From: Hydrolagus affinis
Taxonomy: Eukaryota
DNA: 59,066 nucleotides
Assembly: GCA_012026655.1 (NCBI GenBank)
Contig: JAAILG010001998.1
Location: 1 to 59,066 of the forward strand
Direction: 5' to 3'
The position numbers were made by a program, and so were the translations under genes. The notes below the pieces were generated by a model. That model was not told the DNA's origin, made no database searches, and worked only from the letters and a program-made list of their open reading frames with translations. Shown piece by piece: positions 53,208-59,066 of this stretch (position 1 is its first letter; the number at the start of each line of letters is the position of its first letter).

Positions 53208-54428
53208 ATGAACTCGGAGGAGGTGATTGCTTCTGCATTTGTGACCATGCGACCAGGGAAGATGATATCCGGCCAGCCAGCTGAAGATAAAAATAGTTCA
53301 AGTAATTTAGGCTGCGATGTTAAAAAAAGGCACAGTGTTGGTGATGAAAGGAGGCTGCCCGTAGATCCAGTGTCACTCCTACAAGACCTTCCACAGTCTC
53401 AGCAAGAGTTGCAAGGCACGAAGCCGGATCCACTGCCAGCGATATCTGTAAAACAAAACACTGGAATTGAAGCAGAAGTCAGGGACAGTGGGATGGGCAT
53501 GTCAAGCTCTAAACTGAGATACTATAATCCCATCTGTTTTAATCCTTCACAGGAGAATTGTGGTTGCAATGTGTTTTCGGATAAGTTACAGTGCGATCCT
53601 CCAACTGATAAAAGCACACACTGGACGGCTGAGAATCTGTCTTCTTCTCCGGGAGGAGGGATCGGTGAAGAAGAGGAAGTCTTAGGTATAGGAGATTCTT
53701 CGAGAAAGCTGGTGTCATTTTGCAGCCAGAAAATCACTAAAACAACTGGTCCACATAGTACCACAAGTGATGTGAAACTGAAATGCCGTGGCAGCAACAA
53801 CACTGAAAGGTACTGTGTTTTCTACCTTTGCCAGTGTTCACAAGGCACTAAGGTTTGCCGTGTTGAGCATAACTATGAATATGCAACTTGTGATTGTGCA
53901 TCAAAGCAACAATTGAAATTCTCAACAGGCTCGATTCGTGAGACTGTGCATGAACCAAACGCCAGTTGCCCAGGTTTGCATGCTTCACAGGCAGGCTTAG
54001 GTAGAGTTCAACGCAAGATAAAGGCAAAAGGCTCAGCTGATAGGTCCACATCAGGCCAATGGCAAAATCGAGTGGTCCTGAAGTCTTCAGTCGACAGTGC
54101 TGAAGATTCAGGGAACAGCTGTGATGAAGGGATGGGAGATAAGTTTGACAGAAACAGAAAGGAACGCTCCACGCTGCTGTTTAGAAGGTACAATAAGAAT
54201 AACCGTGAGGTGAAGAAATCTATTTATACTGGCTCGAGGGCACGGACAAGAACATTACCCTCTGGGCATATTGGAGCAAAGGCCAAGAAGGCTGTCAATC
54301 AAAAGCGAAGTAATACTCTTGAACTCAAACTTCCCAGGATTACTGTTGAGAAACTGACAGTATGTCAAGCTATGTGGATAAGAAGAAATTACTTGAATCA
54401 TTCCTCGACCAAGCTGTACAGATGTGAG
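53208..54428 (+). CDS. PLCE1: PLCE1 (phospholipase C epsilon 1) first coding exon; gene continues beyond the window
   Basis: MNSEEVIASAFVTMRPGKMISGQPAED resembles the human PLCE1 start (MTSEEM...). [40 protein letters not shown] matches the recalled human N-terminal block. Phase-0 donor GAG|GTAAGA after 407 codons. Synteny with SLC35G1. Alternative in-frame ATG at 53157; candidate acceptors at 52772 or 53056. Confidence 0.92.
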
Positions 54429-54854
54429 GTAAGATATCTGCCATTTCATGAAACTTTATTCTGTGTTAAAGAAACAAAATGCTTCATGTATTGCTTTTCT
54501 GGGGGAGGTTCTGATCAGTAAGAATGTGCTTGAGGAATGTTTGTAAAAGCATTGACAACTTAGTATTTAATGGGAATGGCTAACTGGTCTGAACTCCTTT
54601 TATCTGTGAAGGTCTAATCATAATGTAATGCAGGTACAGTATAGGGAAATAGATTGTAACCGTCAGAAATTTCCAGAACATTGTGTCCAGCCAAACCGAA
54701 CTGATGTACAGTGTTAATAAAGCAATGTACTGTATCTCCCTCAGAAAAGAGTGTGGGTTTGAGTGTGAGAGTGTGCGCACTGATTCAATGTTGTTTGATG
54801 TTATCATTCTCTGCTTTTCATACGTTCAGGTTTTACCATTGGCGTCGTAGAGTT

Positions 54855-54957
54855 ATTTAGTGTACCTGGGTATGAGTACTGTGTGCAAGTACAAGGGTGT
54901 AAGTACCTGAGTGGGTGTAAGTACTGAGTGCAAATGCCTGTGTGTAAGCATTGAGGT
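54855..54957. repeat. Degenerate tandem repeat (GTGTAAGTACTGA-like)
   Basis: About 6 imperfect units visible. Confidence 0.55.
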
Positions 54958-55987
54958 AACAGAAGTGGCAACACATAATAATTTATAGTCAGTGTCATGA
55001 TCCTGATTAGTACAATGTGAACAACGAAGCTGAAAAATGAAACAGTAAAATCAAACCAAACTATTATTTATTATGAGTAGATTGCGAAGAATGTTAAATT
55101 GTTTTCATATGCAATGAAAGCAAGGTTTGTGACTTTACTCGTAATTATTTTCTTTTAATGTAAATGCTGTGAATTATGTGCATTATATAAAGGGGGGAGT
55201 TTGGGCAAGTGGTTTGTGGTTGAATGAGAAAATTATCAACATAGCAGAAGTAATTACTGAGAAGTGGGGGCTGAAGAGAGTCATTATAAGCAGTGCAAAT
55301 GGAAACTGGAACAACTCACAGAGCACAAAGCTGCATTATAAATAAATTTGGTAACTGACCGGGCAAGAAGGGCACTTTTTCTACAGTGGCTTGCAGGAAA
55401 GAACTTCTTTCTTCCATTTTATCCAATGTGAGTTACAATTTTAATCAAAGGATTTAGGCAAATCCTCACAAAACAATTTTCCAGAAATCCCAAGCCTCAT
55501 TGCGCATTCCTACAACTGTGTGTCAGGAAAATTCACTGTCGAAGAGGTTGGAAAGATCAGAGTCCTGCTTATTTTCAAAGTGTACTTCATAGGAGATTGT
55601 TTTGCTTTAACTCTCAAAAAGGATGTGAGAAATATCTTGCATCCTCACATTCTGATATTTTACCCGCATTTATAAACAGGATTCTGTCATCTTGGGAAAT
55701 TACTCAAATGCCAAAGCCCCTTTAAAGTTCTCTTGAATTCTATTTGCTCTGTAGTTCTTCAGTTTGTTTCAATTAGGAGGAATAGACTGTTTGAACGATT
55801 TATGAAAATTACCCAGGGGAATCGCTGGAATGCTAGGAAACTGTCCTTATTGGATAAGCAAACAATAACAGACTATTTTAACTTATTTAATGTTGAAATA
55901 CTTTGCAGTCTTTAAAGAAGCTCTAGGAATTCAACATTGTTTCTTCACAAGACTATGTTAGAATACATTGGATATATTAAAGAGGGC

Positions 55988-56299
55988 TAATAATAACAAT
56001 AATAATCCTTGCATTTGGTATCACATCTTCACAGAGTATACTGTAAACTGAATTGACTGTATATTTTGTCAGTGAAATGTGGATTGAGTGACCAAATTAT
56101 TATTCTTTTTTTTGAAAGGATTATTTTCTCTGGAAAAGCGATCCGCCAATCGACCAACAATTGCATTCCTACTTACCGTTAGGTAAACAGAGGAGTGTGG
56201 AGTAGGGAAACTTGCCCAATGTTTTGCCCTGCCTGGAAATTGAACCCAGATCTTCTCGCTTTTGAGGCAAAAGCTCTAATCACTAAGATACAGGACTCC
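55988..56299 (-). mobile_element. tRNA-head SINE, long-insert subfamily
   Basis: Head GGAGTCCTGTATCTTAGTG..., extra ~65-bp segment at 56129-56193, (ATT)n tail. Confidence 0.85.
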
Positions 56300-58894
56300 G
56301 TGATAAGGGAATTTCTGCTTAGTGCTCTCAAAGGAAATTAAAGTGAGAGAGTATGCCTCGCACGGTCATCTCCCTGAGTACAAAATCAAGGAATAAAAAA
56401 ACCTATATGAACGCAATATAAAAAGCTAATAGATAAAATTTGTAAGGTTTCACTAAATAAGTTGAAATAGTCTGTTATTACTTCAGGGAAGGGAACAGGT
56501 CAGCATAATGACATCGCTCAAATGCAATACTGTAACAGCCCTGATACTGATACTATAATCTATAATATCTGTGATATTTACAGTTTTATATCAAGTACTG
56601 TATTTTCCAAAGGCAACAGGATCCTTTACATATTGAAATATTTGTTCACATTTCCAAATAAATCAATCAAGGTATGCTTAAGTCTCTGTCCTCTGCTTTG
56701 GGGATCTGCTTTTTTTTAAAAGGTTCTACAACAATTGGTGAGTTTAACCATGTTGCAGTGCAAACGCATCAAAAGCTTGAAACTGATAGGCCATAGAAAG
56801 AAGTTACAGCTTTGCGATTGTTAGAAATCTTTTGTGATGGCTACAACATGAACACAAACACTATCGCTATTTCTCCGAATTTGTTCTTCTTGTGGTTTCT
56901 AGCCAATCCTTGACAACACAGAGACTTCAGCTGTGCACCAGAAGAGTCTTGTTACACTCTGCAGCAGACATGAGCTTGCAGATCTTTCCCAGGTCCTGCC
57001 AAAGTGGCATTTGAAGTATTTTATTTCGTTTTAGTCAATTATTTCACTTTTTAGTTGAAAAGTTCACAGTTTTAACATCGGGTTTTTAAACCTTTCAGCA
57101 TTTCTCTCCCCGCACTTGGTTTGGCTGCAAATTCATGGATAAGCAACGGTGTAAGTCCTAATATGTTAAATGGGCTATCTTGTTTGATACAACAATTAAA
57201 GAGTACTGCTCCCTGATAATCTGCCTTTTGAAACTGCTTGAAAAAGATGTATATCTGAGGGTTGATTCACCATTTGATTGAGTCACAAGAGTTATATCTG
57301 TGCTGCTGTCCTACAATCAAATTAGACAATTATGGAGCAGCTTAGCCATTGGGGTAAATCACACTCAGTTTAATAAATAACAATCTTTATTACTTGCTAA
57401 TAGAGGAGCAATCCTCATAAAGCTGCAGGAGGAATTTAAAGATAAACAGAACATTGGTACTCCCATTTGAAAAAATAACTGTATTCCCAAGGATAGACTG
57501 ATATGAGCATTTAGGGATGCCTGTAGCTTCCTTCAGCAATAAACCGTCTTAACACTGGTATTAGCACCAGCTGTGTTGGGCTGTGTTGGTTGAGCAAAGA
57601 GATGGAAAACTAGAAGGGTGTCTCCTGCATGACTGAAGCATATGTTCTGCAGATTAGTGAGGAACAGCAATACGAGATGATTGTCAACTACGTCTGCTCG
57701 TTTTTCCAACTGAGGAGATAGGACAGGCACAAGGAATTAACTGGGATGGAGTTTGGAGATGTGGGAAGAAACGGTTCAGTTTTTGAAGCATTAATAATAA
57801 TTCTTCAAACTTGAATCTGAAATATTCTGCAGTTGCTGGCAATATGAAGCAATGGAATTGTTAAGTTCAAGGTTGTTGCTGGTAGGCACCATGACCTGCA
57901 CTTATCCTGCTACAGGAACACTATTTTCTAACTGTGGAAAATGAGCCAAATCAAGTTTGCTAGGAATACAAAGCTATTTGTTGTTAAGCTAAGTATTGAG
58001 CCTTTAGCTGTGCTGTTTGTGGTTACTGCACACCAGCTTTACTAACACAAAGGCACATTCATGTTGTATTATTGTTTACGTAAGTTATTATTAAAATACA
58101 GGAATTTTAAATCTATTCAAGCGGATGACATTTATTGATGAATGGAGTACTCATTGCAAATGGCCCAAGTACACTTTCAGTTTTCTTCAGTTTTGCTTTG
58201 TCTGCTCACATTTGGAAAATAATTTTCAAACCAAATCACAATGAACGTGATCTAAACTAATAAATATCGCTGCTGCTATGGTAATGTATGTGTGGGGAGA
58301 AAAGTAGGGGCTAGTTGCCTCCTTTTGGTAACTAGACCTCTCTTGTGGACAGGGAATGCTTGTGTTTACAAAGGTTAACTACCCTTGAGCCCAGTTAGTT
58401 CAAGTCATGAATGCCTACAACAACAGCAAAAAAACAAAATTACATTTATAAAATTACATTTATATTACATTTTCACGTCGGGAGGACGTCCCAAGGCTAT
58501 AGATCAGTAAGTTAAATGCATTTGGAGAAAATTACAAATGTTTAAGGAAAATGAAGAGACAGAATTGAATTTCAAAAACCTAACCCATTTCCCTGGTATT
58601 TACCTTCTGTTACGTTACCGACACAGGATTTTAGTTTAGTCCGCCATAGGCCTGTTGTTGTGTATATTAAAAGGTAAACAAATGAAAATTATTACATTTA
58701 TTGCAGACTGAGATGAGGCTGGAAATAGGTGATTTTAAATGTTCAAATTCCATGGCTGTCCAAAACGCAAAAACACTGGCAATGTGTAAATAACCCAAAG
58801 TTATGTGCGGGGACGGTTGCTCCTTTCAGTGACTGGGCCTAGGTATTTCATGAAAGGACATGGAAGAAAAATTCTTAATTAAAAATGTTTTTAT

Positions 58895-59066
58895 ATTCTA
58901 GAGTCTATAATCAGGGACAAGATAGATCCTCACTTAGAAAGATATAGGCTAATAAAGGACAGTCAACATGGATTTGTTAAAGGCAAATCTTGCCTTACAA
59001 ATCTGATAGAATTTTTTGATGAGGTAACGGAATGGGTGGATAATGGTAGCGCAGTTGATGTAATTT
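58895..59066 (+). mobile_element. 5'-truncated CR1 LINE, reverse transcriptase region, runs off the window
   Basis: Open frame ILESIIRDKIDPHLERYRLIKDSQHGFVKGKSCLTNLIEFFDEVTEWVDNGSAVDVI, with the canonical CR1 RT motif QHGF..GKSCLTNL. Confidence 0.95.

Noticed and set aside
53157-54521. 454-aa ORF as a stand-alone novel gene
   Set aside because: Recognised as the PLCE1 first coding exon, with a consensus donor at 54428 and the expected synteny.

Overview
AT-rich, repeat-laden eukaryotic DNA, most likely from a cartilaginous fish. That assignment rests on the repeat families (shark-type CR1 tails, SacSINE/DeuSINE-like and tRNA-head SINEs, Penelope-type terminal repeats) and is inferred, not proven. 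Two protein-coding genes lie on the + strand in the order known from human 10q23. SLC35G1 (TMEM20/POST) is complete in three exons: 5973-6324, 11757-11937 and 16750-17497, with consistent splice phases, giving 426 aa. PLCE1 is represented by its large first coding exon (~53208-54428) and continues beyond the window. The rest is intron or intergenic DNA with SINEs, L2/CR1 fragments, Tigger/pogo and hAT non-autonomous DNA transposons, and simple repeats. I found no convincing new multi-gene system. The best leads are: a coding G-rich minisatellite and a uORF in SLC35G1 exon 1; a perfect 55-bp inverted repeat next to an unexplained segment; a possible divergent transcript; conserved unannotated motifs and a possible intronic polyA site in PLCE1; and a young hAT MITE family. 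Family assignments are from recognition, not database searches, and repeat boundaries are approximate unless TIRs or TSDs are quoted.
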